Source: an uncultured bacterium (lineage in GTDB: Bacteria; Patescibacteriota; Gracilibacteria; UM-FILTER-43-11). From it: a stretch of 33,631 nucleotides of DNA. Below are positions 11,301 to 17,754 of the stretch, in pieces; within the stretch, counting starts at the first letter, position 1; each line of letters begins with the position of its first letter. A model generated the notes under the pieces. It saw nothing but the letters and a program-made list of their open reading frames with translations, was not told the origin of the DNA and did no database searches. The stretch covers positions 1-33,631 of the forward strand of contig CBDUQG010000002.1 of NCBI GenBank assembly GCA_965369305.1, written 5' to 3'. A program made the translations under genes and the position numbers.

Positions 11301-12201
11301 TTTTCATGTCAGAAGGAATGTTGGTTCCAAAGCGCTTATTGAGCTTGTAGCGGGCAATAAGGCCCATGTCGTAGCGTTTGAAGTCAAAGAAGAGACCCTC
11401 GATGAGCTGCTTAGCATTTTCTGGAGTAGCTAGATCACCGGGACGAATCTTCTTATATATAGACTGATATGCCTCGTCCGTAGTTCGAGCTGCATCCTTT
11501 TCAAGGGTGTTCTGAATGTAATCGTTGTTGAGATCCACATTCACCTCCTTGAAAGCATCAAGCATCTCAGAATCCTTTTGATATCCGAAAATACGCAGAA
11601 GCTGAGTCACTGGAATCTTACGCTTACGGTCGATCTTAACAGAAATCACGCCCTTTTTATCGGTTTCAAGCTCAAGCCAGGCACCACGCTTAGGAATGAT
11701 CTTAGCATTAAAAAAACGTGGATTAGCTGAGCTTCTGGAATAAAAAACTCCGGGACTACGTACAATCTGATTAACAACGACACGTTCGATACCATTAATA
11801 ATGAAGGTACCCTTGTCTGTCATCAGAGGCACTGAACCCAGGAAGATATCCTGCTCCTTAATTTCACCTGTTTCCTTATTAATGAGCTGCACGTGAGCCT
11901 TCAGAGAAGCCTCAAAAGTGAGGTTCTTGCGCTTAGCAGTCAGTGGATCATGCTTTGGCTTATCAAGAGAATGACTCAAAAAGTGAAGCTCCATTTTCTT
12001 ACCGGAAAAGTCAGTGATCGGAGAAATCTCCTGAAGGAGCTCCTTGAGACCATCAGTTAAAAACCACTGATACGAATTGAGCTGAATCTCAATCAGCGGT
12101 GGTAGTTTGAAACCATCTTCCGTCTCTGTAAAAAAATGTCGTCCGTTAATGACCTTGGTCGGTTTTAGAGACGACTTGGGAGCGGTTTTAGTTTTGGCCA
12201 T
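8368..12201 (-). CDS. rpoB: DNA-directed RNA polymerase subunit beta, with an internal lineage-specific insertion and an acidic C-terminal extension
   Basis: 1277-aa ORF with conserved beta motifs (RRISAMGPGGLSRERA, LIPFLEHDDNTRA, GDKMAGRHGNKGV, PESFNVLVKELKSL). About 105 extra acidic residues follow the usual C-terminus. Confidence 0.97.
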   Translation of the reverse strand: MAKTKTAPKSSLKPTKVINGRHFFTETEDGFKLPPLIEIQLNSYQWFLTDGLKELLQEISPITDFSGKKMELHFLSHSLDKPKHDPLTAKRKNLTFEASLKAHVQLINKETGEIKEQDIFLGSVPLMTDKGTFIINGIERVVVNQIVRSPGVFYSRSSANPRFFNAKIIPKRGAWLELETDKKGVISVKIDRKRKIPVTQLLRIFGYQKDSEMLDAFKEVNVDLNNDYIQNTLEKDAARTTDEAYQSIYKKIRPGDLATPENAKQLIEGLFFDFKRYDMGLIARYKLNKRFGTNIPSDMKNRVFQTEDFVNILKGLIELNNGEGEEDDIDHLSNRRIRSVGELVQNKFRMGLLRTDRIAKDRMTIMDLETATPTQLINCRPITAALREFFASSQLSQFMDQTNPLSELAHKRRISAMGPGGLSRERASFDVRDVHASHYGRICPIATPEGPNIGLVVHLATYGRVNQYGFIETPYRKVEHFRQPNASDITGFVIDEEIKDGRKVVAKIGDRLTKEQASKVAKIKKAIKTPPAETIKDPIATQLIGKLSAQDVKIGRKTVLKKGEEIDVTVAKQIVADKKTSSVKVQEKPQNQVKVRAYVSDEVTYYDADSERHFVVAETNAEMDDNGQFVNSRVAARRRGDPNFVHVRDLTHMDIAPKQIVSVTTSLIPFLEHDDNTRASMGSNMQRQAVSLLSPEAPIVGTGMEGLTAESSGQAVVARGSGAVEAVDADHVVVKYSDGKKEEYPILSFQRSNQATAINMRPAVTKGQKVKKGDVLVDGAAVEEGELALGRNLMVAYMSWGGFNYEDAIIISDRVARKGFYDSVHIESFTVDVRDTKLGPEIVTRDIPNVGEARLKDLDVDGIVRIGATVHEGDILVGKITPKGETELTAEERLLQAIFGDKAKDVKDTSLRLPGGEGGKVVDVQIFSRQEGDELPTGVIRQIKVYVSQTRKIQVGDKMAGRHGNKGVISRIVPSEDMPYMEDGTPVDIILNPLGVSSRMNIGQILETHLGWAADELGIKVATPALNGIELEKIAALMEEAGLPSDGKMQLYDGRTGEPFQYPTVVGKVYMLKLLHLVEDKLHARSVGPYSLVTQQPLGGKAQHGGQRFGEMEVWALEAYGAAYTLQEMLTVKSDDVVGRAKAYEAIVKGESIKTPSVPESFNVLVKELKSLCLDVELLKSKGDELEEVELEEVIDHEDDDEAVIPEADKISDLEEGKEADEQVEEELEGENLGKKEAIEELEDELTDDGGSDAVVSDEDIEKIEDTVEEKADKKNK
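8621..8650. repeat. Perfect 15-bp tandem duplication (acctcttcgagttca x2) inside the rpoB acidic tail
   Basis: Read directly from the sequence: 8621-8635 equals 8636-8650. It encodes ELEEV-ELEEV in frame. Confidence 0.9.
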
Positions 12202-12298
12202 AGATGAAAAGGATTGTGATTAAAGGCTTGCTAAGGTCCATTCTGGACAACGCAGTCGCAACCACAACACAATCGTAAGCGCTTAAATTAGCCGATTA

Positions 12299-12326
12299 AT
12301 TATAGACAAATGTCCAATATAGTCAA
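12299..12326 (-). promoter_or_regulatory. Sigma70-type promoter upstream of rpoB (TTGACT-16 nt-TATAAT)
   Basis: The reverse complement of 12299-12326 reads TTGACTatattggacatttgtcTATAAT. The predicted leader to the rpoB ATG is about 90 nt. Confidence 0.55.
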
Positions 12327-12361
12327 CATGTCTATTAAAAAACGCTTGACATACTGTCCAT

Positions 12362-12805
12362 TTATTTTTTTGAGAAAATTTTCTGCAAATTGACGAGAGT
12401 GATCCAATCTTTATCAGAGATCTCGGACAGAGGTTTTTTGAAGTAGTATTCAGAAGCTGCTTCAAGACCGATGATACCTTCCCCGAAATCAAGAAGATTC
12501 ATTTCAAGCGCCAGCTTTTCAGAAGCATCCATCAATTTTTCCTGACGTAGGCCGAGCACACCAAATACAAGCCGGCTACCGGGACGCTCATCACCCTCGT
12601 AGGTACCATCTACTTCTACTTTGTTATCGGTCAGGAATTGCTCAACGTTTGCAGGAATCATGGCAGCACTTAAAAACTGGGTATTATCGACTGCTAAAGA
12701 AAGAAGTTTGTGAGCCGGGGTGACAAAAAGAGATAGCAGAATAAGGTGACCAACCAGAAGTGATATCAAAAGAAAGGCGCCTGCTAGTTTTAAGATTGCC
12801 CTCAT
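12362..12805 (-). CDS. Membrane-anchored GT51 (peptidoglycan glycosyltransferase)-like fragment, apparently degenerate
   Basis: 147-aa ORF with an N-terminal TM helix. The C-terminal GLEAASEYYFKKPLSEIS...WITLVNL resembles the GT51 'G.eaAa..YFgK...dLt..e.a.La' region. The catalytic EDxxFxxHxG and GGSTITQQ motifs are absent. Confidence 0.4.
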   Translation of the reverse strand: MRAILKLAGAFLLISLLVGHLILLSLFVTPAHKLLSLAVDNTQFLSAAMIPANVEQFLTDNKVEVDGTYEGDERPGSRLVFGVLGLRQEKLMDASEKLALEMNLLDFGEGIIGLEAASEYYFKKPLSEISDKDWITLVNLQKIFSKK

Positions 12806-12825
12806 TAAAAGGAGTTAAGGAAACT

Positions 12826-12854
12826 ATTTTATTAGATTTTAAAAAAGGAGTAAA
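12826..12854 (-). promoter_or_regulatory. Possible promoter (TTTACT-17 nt-TAAAAT) for the GT51-like gene
   Basis: Read from the reverse complement; the match to consensus is moderate. Confidence 0.3.
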
Positions 12855-12885
12855 CTGATAGCAATTTAGCCAATAAAAATCTCCA

Positions 12886-14022
12886 ATGAAAAAAGTCATC
12901 TCTTCGATACTGCTAATTGCCATGCTGGTCATGCCGGGCAACGCTTTATTTGCTCAGGCAAACAATGCTTCATTTTTTGGAGCCTTAAGCAATTTTGGCA
13001 AGCTGGAGGACTATAAGCTGATTCAATCTTTCTACGGCAAGCTGAACTTTGAAGAATTTGGCGATCACATCAGCGCTGAATACAGGCTAACAATTAATAG
13101 TATCGTAGATGAAGACAGGGACAGTAGCTTTAACAGAGTCAGTGCCTTCGTGAAGTTCTACAATCACAAAGAGGTAAATGATTCAACGCCGTTTAAAGAA
13201 ATGACTATTCAGGCCAACGGAGAAATGATTGCTGACAGTCAGGAAGATCTGTATTTCAAATTAGTGAACTTTAATATTGGACTGGTCGAGCCAGAGCCGT
13301 TTGCGGTACTGGATGTAGAACAAATGATGGCATCAAGCGACCTTTATAAAGGTACCTGGTACCATATGAGCGCCTCGGATTTGGGAGATACAAATGGCGA
13401 AGAAATTGAAGTTGAGGAATACCTTGAGTTTGAAAATCAATTCAAAAAGGAGCCCAAGAAGGCGATTCTAGGAATCACAGAACAGGCGTTGATAGATTCG
13501 GATGAAAGTTTCATGGAAGATGAGATTGAGGAAATTATGCAGGCAGTCGCCTTGGGATTAGAAACTAAGTTATTCATGGAACGCGATGTAGTTGCCGGCC
13601 GAAATGAGGGGTTTAAGTTCTTTAATATGAATAAGAGCGCCATCATTAATTTCTTTGTGGAACTGGGTGAGCTACTTGATGAAGAGCTCACAGCCAATGA
13701 CATCAGTGAAATTCGATCAGCCCTAAGTCATGTGAGTGTTTCAGGTATTTATCGAATTGAGAATGTTCACGGAATTATCGACAACCTACTTGTAAGATTC
13801 AAGCTAAGCGATGTGGAACCGGTAAACAACTTAGAGCTGAATTATCGCTACAAGCTTTCAGACATGAACAAGGACAATAAAGTGACTCCGCCTGCGAACT
13901 ACGAGGAATGGTATATAGGTGATCTGTGGGGAGATGAATGGGACGAGGAGTGGGATGATGAGTGGTACCTTGAGGATGAAGACTGGGGTGATGAATGGCC
14001 TGAACTTGAAGAGGAGTTCTAA
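12886..14022 (+). CDS. Secreted acidic hypothetical protein with a Trp/Asp/Glu-rich C-terminal tail
   Basis: 378-aa ORF with a signal peptide (ILLIAMLVMPGNALFAQA). I recognise no domain. The last ~40 aa read YEEWYIGDLWGDEWDEEWDDEWYLEDEDWGDEWPELEEEF. Confidence 0.6.
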   Translation: MKKVISSILLIAMLVMPGNALFAQANNASFFGALSNFGKLEDYKLIQSFYGKLNFEEFGDHISAEYRLTINSIVDEDRDSSFNRVSAFVKFYNHKEVNDSTPFKEMTIQANGEMIADSQEDLYFKLVNFNIGLVEPEPFAVLDVEQMMASSDLYKGTWYHMSASDLGDTNGEEIEVEEYLEFENQFKKEPKKAILGITEQALIDSDESFMEDEIEEIMQAVALGLETKLFMERDVVAGRNEGFKFFNMNKSAIINFFVELGELLDEELTANDISEIRSALSHVSVSGIYRIENVHGIIDNLLVRFKLSDVEPVNNLELNYRYKLSDMNKDNKVTPPANYEEWYIGDLWGDEWDEEWDDEWYLEDEDWGDEWPELEEEF

Positions 14023-14052
14023 ATTGACAAAATAATAATTTTGTTTTAAAAT

Positions 14053-14079
14053 AATCCTCCAGACTTAGTATGGAGGATT
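14053..14079 (+). terminator. Hairpin downstream of the 378-aa gene (AATCCTCCA-9 nt-TGGAGGATT)
   Basis: A perfect 9-bp stem 30 nt after the stop codon, followed by atgccTTTTa. The T-tract is weak. Confidence 0.45.
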
Positions 14080-14152
14080 ATGCCTTTTAGGCGTAGCCCT
14101 CCTCGAAAGTCTTGGTCTTACACATCGCCAACCCAAACCAAGGAGAAAAACC

Positions 14153-15082
14153 ATGAAGCAATTGCTTCCCCTTTTCACGACTCTGTTGACCCTTTTGCTC
14201 ACCGCCTGCGGTGATGATCCGATTCCCGATCCACCTGAACGCGGCTATGTCTGCGTGACGGCTCTGGATCAAGATGACCAGCCCATGATGGGCTGCGAAT
14301 TCGAGTACGAAACGCCAGACTCCATCTTCGATGAGGAGGTGGACTACAACGAAATGTACGGCGACCCTGGCACCTTCGGCCACCCCGAAGATGCTTGCAA
14401 AGCCGATCCAAATGACGAGAACAGTTTCGACAAACTCCTCGTCTACAACAAGCCTGGTCGCCATGTGATCCCAACTCGTTGCGGAACACTGACCGGCTAC
14501 CTCGACGTGGACCTCGATGAAGGTGAGAATGAAGACTACTCAAGCCGAGTGATCGACAGCTTCTGCACCGACGGTGTCACCTTCGAAACGGACTACCATC
14601 ACAACACGGTAGAGCTGCAGGACCACCTGGGGTTCAGTACGGACCTCATGTGTTCCAACTGGCTCACGGAGCCCGAGCGTCTCAAGACCGAAGTGGTCAA
14701 GATGTCGCTCGACTGCAGCAATCCAACGGATTGCGACGGACTCACAGCAGAAGACCTGCTGGAGATCGAGAAACCCGAAGTCGGCTGGACGAGTCAGGGG
14801 GTAGCCCAATGGCTCAAGCTTACGGCCCAGACACACCTGGTGCCCGACGGCGAAGAGCGCACAGTCATCATCACGATCCGTCAGGAGAGCGGACCACAGC
14901 AGGAAATGGACATTCCGATTCTGATCCATGCTCCTATGTGTGGAAACGGAATCATCGAGTATCGCGAGGACTGCGAAGGTGAAGTCCCCAACGGACTGAG
15001 CTGCGAGTACTACGGCTTCGACGGAGGTTCGCTTTCCTGCGACCAGTGCCAGGTGAACAAGGACAGTTGCTACTTCAACTGA
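14153..15082 (+). CDS. Acidic lipoprotein with a C-terminal CGNG...C-rich (Myxococcus-type cysteine-rich repeat-like) module, encoded on a GC-rich island
   Basis: 309-aa ORF with a signal peptide and lipobox LLTAC. The C-terminus reads CGNGIIEYREDCEGEVPNGLSCEYYGFDGGSLSCDQCQVNKDSC. A canonical AAGGAG SD lies 7 nt upstream (14140-14145), and codons mostly end in G/C. Confidence 0.7.
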   Translation: MKQLLPLFTTLLTLLLTACGDDPIPDPPERGYVCVTALDQDDQPMMGCEFEYETPDSIFDEEVDYNEMYGDPGTFGHPEDACKADPNDENSFDKLLVYNKPGRHVIPTRCGTLTGYLDVDLDEGENEDYSSRVIDSFCTDGVTFETDYHHNTVELQDHLGFSTDLMCSNWLTEPERLKTEVVKMSLDCSNPTDCDGLTAEDLLEIEKPEVGWTSQGVAQWLKLTAQTHLVPDGEERTVIITIRQESGPQQEMDIPILIHAPMCGNGIIEYREDCEGEVPNGLSCEYYGFDGGSLSCDQCQVNKDSCYFN

Positions 15083-15109
15083 TTTAGGTTCACTGGGTTG
15101 GCGATAATG

Positions 15110-15137
15110 GTCCCGGTCCGAGAAATCGGATCGGGAC
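15110..15137. terminator. GC-rich hairpin between the convergent lipoprotein gene and dprA
   Basis: GTCCCGGTCC-8 nt-GGATCGGGAC forms a 10-bp stem with one G-U pair. It sits in the 61-nt gap between the two stop codons, and no clear T-tract follows. Confidence 0.4.
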
Positions 15138-15143
15138 TTAGCC

Positions 15144-16211
15144 TTATGCAATAGACCATCTAAGACCATGTTTGACGATGGCTTTTTTAAGCTCCAAATA
15201 AACAATCAGCTCTGAAAGCTTAGGAATATCATATATCGTTTCGGAAATAAGCTCGTCCATAGTTTTGGGGCCAGCAGCCAAACGCTCCATCAGAGTTCGT
15301 TCCTCATGAGTGAATTCAATTTCCTGTCGCATGATCTTAGATTCCATTCGAAGATCTTCAAGGATGTGATCGATATTATCAACCAGCTTAGCCTGACTAC
15401 TGCGAATCAGATGGTTAGTACCGCTCAAGGCATATTTATTGATGTTATTAGGCACAGCAAAAACCTCGCGGCCTTGTTCGTGGGCCTGGCGGGCAGTAAT
15501 AAGTGCCCCGGAATGCAGGCCGCCTTCTGTTACGAGAGTCCCCTGGCACAGACCTGAAATAATTGAGTTTCGCTCTGGAAAATGATGCTTAAGGGCTGGT
15601 GTACCAAGTGGATAAGCTGAAATGACCGCCCCACCAGATTGAATGATATTTTGGGCCAAACGATAGTTGGTAGCTGGAGTGATTTTATCGACACCGGAAC
15701 CAAGAACTGCAACAGTCGTGCCGTTGTTTTCCAGGGTTGTTTTGTGAGCAACACTATCAATACCAAGAGCCAACCCACTGACAACCACAAAGCCATGGCG
15801 AACCAGATCAGCTGTAAACTTTTGAGTCACCAAGGTCCCGTAATCGGTCACCTGGCGGGTACCAACAATAGCCATAGACTTATGAAAAGCGGGCAACTTA
15901 CCACGAACAAATAAAAATGCTGGCGCTCCTGGAACTTGCCTAAGTGGCTCTGGATAAGTTTCTTCATCTATATAAAAGATAGAAACTTCAAGCTGTCTTA
16001 TGAGCCCCGATAAATTTTCAAATGAAATCTGCTCACGGAATTTTAGAACCCGCCCAGCCTTTTTGGGACTAATATTTAACTGCTCAAGATCGGATTGGCT
16101 CATTTTCTGCCAAGCTTCTTTAAAGGAACCAAATTGGTTCAGAATAATCCGACACTGCTCAGCATTAAAAATGCCCCATTGCGCAAATAGAAAAAGATAT
16201 TCGTCGCTCAT
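15144..16211 (-). CDS. dprA: DNA processing protein DprA/Smf
   Basis: 355-aa ORF with the DprA Rossmann core (GLALGIDSVAHKTTL...VAVLGSGVD...PERNSIISGL...VTEGGLHSGALITARQA) and a C-terminal winged-helix-like domain. Confidence 0.85.
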   Translation of the reverse strand: MSDEYLFLFAQWGIFNAEQCRIILNQFGSFKEAWQKMSQSDLEQLNISPKKAGRVLKFREQISFENLSGLIRQLEVSIFYIDEETYPEPLRQVPGAPAFLFVRGKLPAFHKSMAIVGTRQVTDYGTLVTQKFTADLVRHGFVVVSGLALGIDSVAHKTTLENNGTTVAVLGSGVDKITPATNYRLAQNIIQSGGAVISAYPLGTPALKHHFPERNSIISGLCQGTLVTEGGLHSGALITARQAHEQGREVFAVPNNINKYALSGTNHLIRSSQAKLVDNIDHILEDLRMESKIMRQEIEFTHEERTLMERLAAGPKTMDELISETIYDIPKLSELIVYLELKKAIVKHGLRWSIA

Positions 16212-16238
16212 TAGGATTGATAAATTAAATGTGCCGCC

Positions 16239-16266
16239 AGTTTATCAAGGCTGATAAAAAAGGCAA
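16239..16266 (-). promoter_or_regulatory. Possible dprA promoter (TTGCCT-16 nt-TAAACT)
   Basis: Read from the reverse complement. It ends about 28 nt upstream of the dprA ATG. Confidence 0.35.
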
Positions 16267-16357
16267 ATTCAGGTACAAGGCAGCGAAAATGCCATGGGTA
16301 GCAAACTTTTTAGAAACCCCTGCTACATACTCATTTGGGCCACATTTTTTGATGCAC

Positions 16358-16401
16358 CAAAGTGGCGCCATTTTGGCGCCAACATGGCGCACATCTGGCG
16401 C
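16358..16401. repeat. Four direct 11-bp repeats (CAnnnTGGCGC) with exact 11-bp phasing; candidate operator or iteron-like array
   Basis: TGGCGC starts at 16363, 16374, 16385 and 16396. The array is flanked by GATGC (16351-16355) and GCATC (16400-16404) and is loosely palindromic around GGCGCC. Confidence 0.8.
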
Positions 16402-16493
16402 ATCAGATTTTGTGTGGGTATAGACATTACCCAAGAGGGAAGATACACTTGCTTCTTGATCCAATTGAATTTTTTGTATTTAAAAGAACCATT

Positions 16494-16721
16494 ATGAAAA
16501 GAGTGCACTTTAGAATTTATGATGAGCTGGCTGATCAGATTAGCCAGGCCGTAACACGTTGGGGCTTTCAAAGTCAGGCTGAGTTTTTTCGCTTCTTAGC
16601 CATGGATTTTTTGCGCAAGGAAAAGAAATTCAAAACCACCGATGATGTTTTAAAAGATCATACGAAAGCTATTCGCATGATCAAAAAGACGCAGGTCAAA
16701 ACATTTCAGGATTCCTATTAA
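16494..16721 (+). CDS. Small ribbon-helix-helix (CopG/Arc/MetJ-like) DNA-binding protein
   Basis: An internal ATG of the 16362..16721 ORF gives 75 aa. The N-terminus MKRVHFRIYDELADQISQAV...FQSQAEFFRFLAMDFL fits a beta-strand/helix/helix RHH pattern. The upstream part of the ORF is the stop-free GC-rich repeat array. Confidence 0.5.
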   Translation: MKRVHFRIYDELADQISQAVTRWGFQSQAEFFRFLAMDFLRKEKKFKTTDDVLKDHTKAIRMIKKTQVKTFQDSY

Positions 16722-17752
16722 AACTGAATCTCTTCACCGCCAGTCACGTAACCAATGACTTGGGCTTCAAGCCCTTCTTTTGAAAGTGATTCCAAGAGAT
16801 CATCAGCTTCATCAGGACCAACAACAACCATCATACCAACCCCCATATTCCAGGTCTTGTAGGCCTCTTCGACACTTACATCTCCAAGTTCCATGAGCTT
16901 AAGCATAAAACCATGAGGTTCAATCAGTGAGTCCAACTTGGCACCCAGTCCGTGTTTTTTGAGCAGGCGTGGCAGGTTACCCCGAATTCCCCCACCAGTG
17001 TTGTGGACCATTCCCTTAATAGCATGTGCCTTACTTTCACCATAACGCCCCATAATATTGAGTAGGGCTGCATGGTAAATCTTTGAAGGCGCAAGAATCA
17101 CATCACCCCAGACCTGAGAACTGTCATACTTCTCTTCAGTCCAATTTTCACCAAATGCATCAGTCAGAATTTTACGAGCCAAGCTGAGTCCATTTGATCG
17201 AATGCCGGCCGACCTCAATCCCACTATTGCATCACCCACCTGAATCCCGTCACCCCTCAGAACCTTGTCTTTACCCACAACGCCAACCGCAGTGGCATTC
17301 CAAACAGCGCCATTCAGAGCAGCACCGAGTTCCGCAAGCTCACCACCTGGCACCACAATCTTCTGCTGAGTCGCTGCTTTTTGTAGACCGTTCATCAAAC
17401 CCTCCACCATAGTTTCATCTAGGCTTGGAGCATCCAGAGTATTAGTAACTGAAATCACCTCGGCCCCCATACAAATAGCATCATCTGCTACCATGGCCAC
17501 TAAATCGTATCCAAGGGTATCGAACTTTTTCATCTTCTCGGCTACTTCAATCTTGGTGCCAACCCCATCATCATTCTGAACCAAGTAAAAATCACCCATA
17601 TCAAGAAGACCGGCAAACCCGCCTTCGTCTTTGACTGGCTCACCAATCATTCCAGCCCGACCAGCGAAGGTTTTTTTAGCTGCCTCGTAAGCTGCCTTTG
17701 AACAGCGATCTCCAAGTTCTACATCTACCCCTGATTCTTTGTAAGTTGCCAT
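16718..17752 (-). CDS. purM: Phosphoribosylformylglycinamidine cyclo-ligase (AIR synthetase, PurM family)
   Basis: 344-aa ORF. YKESGVDVELG...DDGVGTKIEVA...GYDLVAMVADDAICMGAE...GGELAEL...SAGIRSNGLSLARKIL is collinear with E. coli PurM. Confidence 0.8.
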   Translation of the reverse strand: MATYKESGVDVELGDRCSKAAYEAAKKTFAGRAGMIGEPVKDEGGFAGLLDMGDFYLVQNDDGVGTKIEVAEKMKKFDTLGYDLVAMVADDAICMGAEVISVTNTLDAPSLDETMVEGLMNGLQKAATQQKIVVPGGELAELGAALNGAVWNATAVGVVGKDKVLRGDGIQVGDAIVGLRSAGIRSNGLSLARKILTDAFGENWTEEKYDSSQVWGDVILAPSKIYHAALLNIMGRYGESKAHAIKGMVHNTGGGIRGNLPRLLKKHGLGAKLDSLIEPHGFMLKLMELGDVSVEEAYKTWNMGVGMMVVVGPDEADDLLESLSKEGLEAQVIGYVTGGEEIQF

Positions 17753-17754
17753 GA

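Noticed and set aside
14086-15088. TTTAGG occurs at both edges of the GC-rich island (14086-14091 and 15083-15088), as a possible target-site duplication.
   Set aside because: A 6-bp match within loosely defined boundaries is expected by chance at appreciable frequency. No terminal inverted repeats or mobility genes are present.
14087-15205. Long antisense or alternative-frame ORFs over the GC-rich island (14087..14464, 14199..14543, 14540..15205 on the minus strand; 14650..14982 on the plus strand).
   Set aside because: High-GC DNA is poor in stop codons and produces such shadow ORFs. Their products are Arg/Ser/His-rich low-complexity sequence without motifs. The 14153..15082 frame has an SD, a lipobox and a recognisable Cys-rich module.
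16385-16401. The repeat unit shares the 8-mer TGGCGCAC with the 3' acceptor end of tRNA-Arg (18537-18544), which could hint at an attachment-site remnant of an integrative element.
   Set aside because: Only 8 nt match, no integrase or recombinase is present, and there is no second, longer tRNA-derived direct repeat. Chance similarity is the simplest explanation.
16358-16401. A CRISPR array or other large repeat locus.
   Set aside because: There are only four 11-bp units with no spacers of CRISPR size, and no cas genes. I saw no other spaced direct repeats anywhere in the window.
16225-16571. A cluster of five overlapping 64-82-aa ORFs on both strands between dprA and the RHH gene.
   Set aside because: They exist because the GC-rich TGGCGC repeat array removes stop codons in five frames. 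None has a recognisable fold or signal. Only the 3' part of the 16362..16721 frame, from ATG 16494, looks protein-like.
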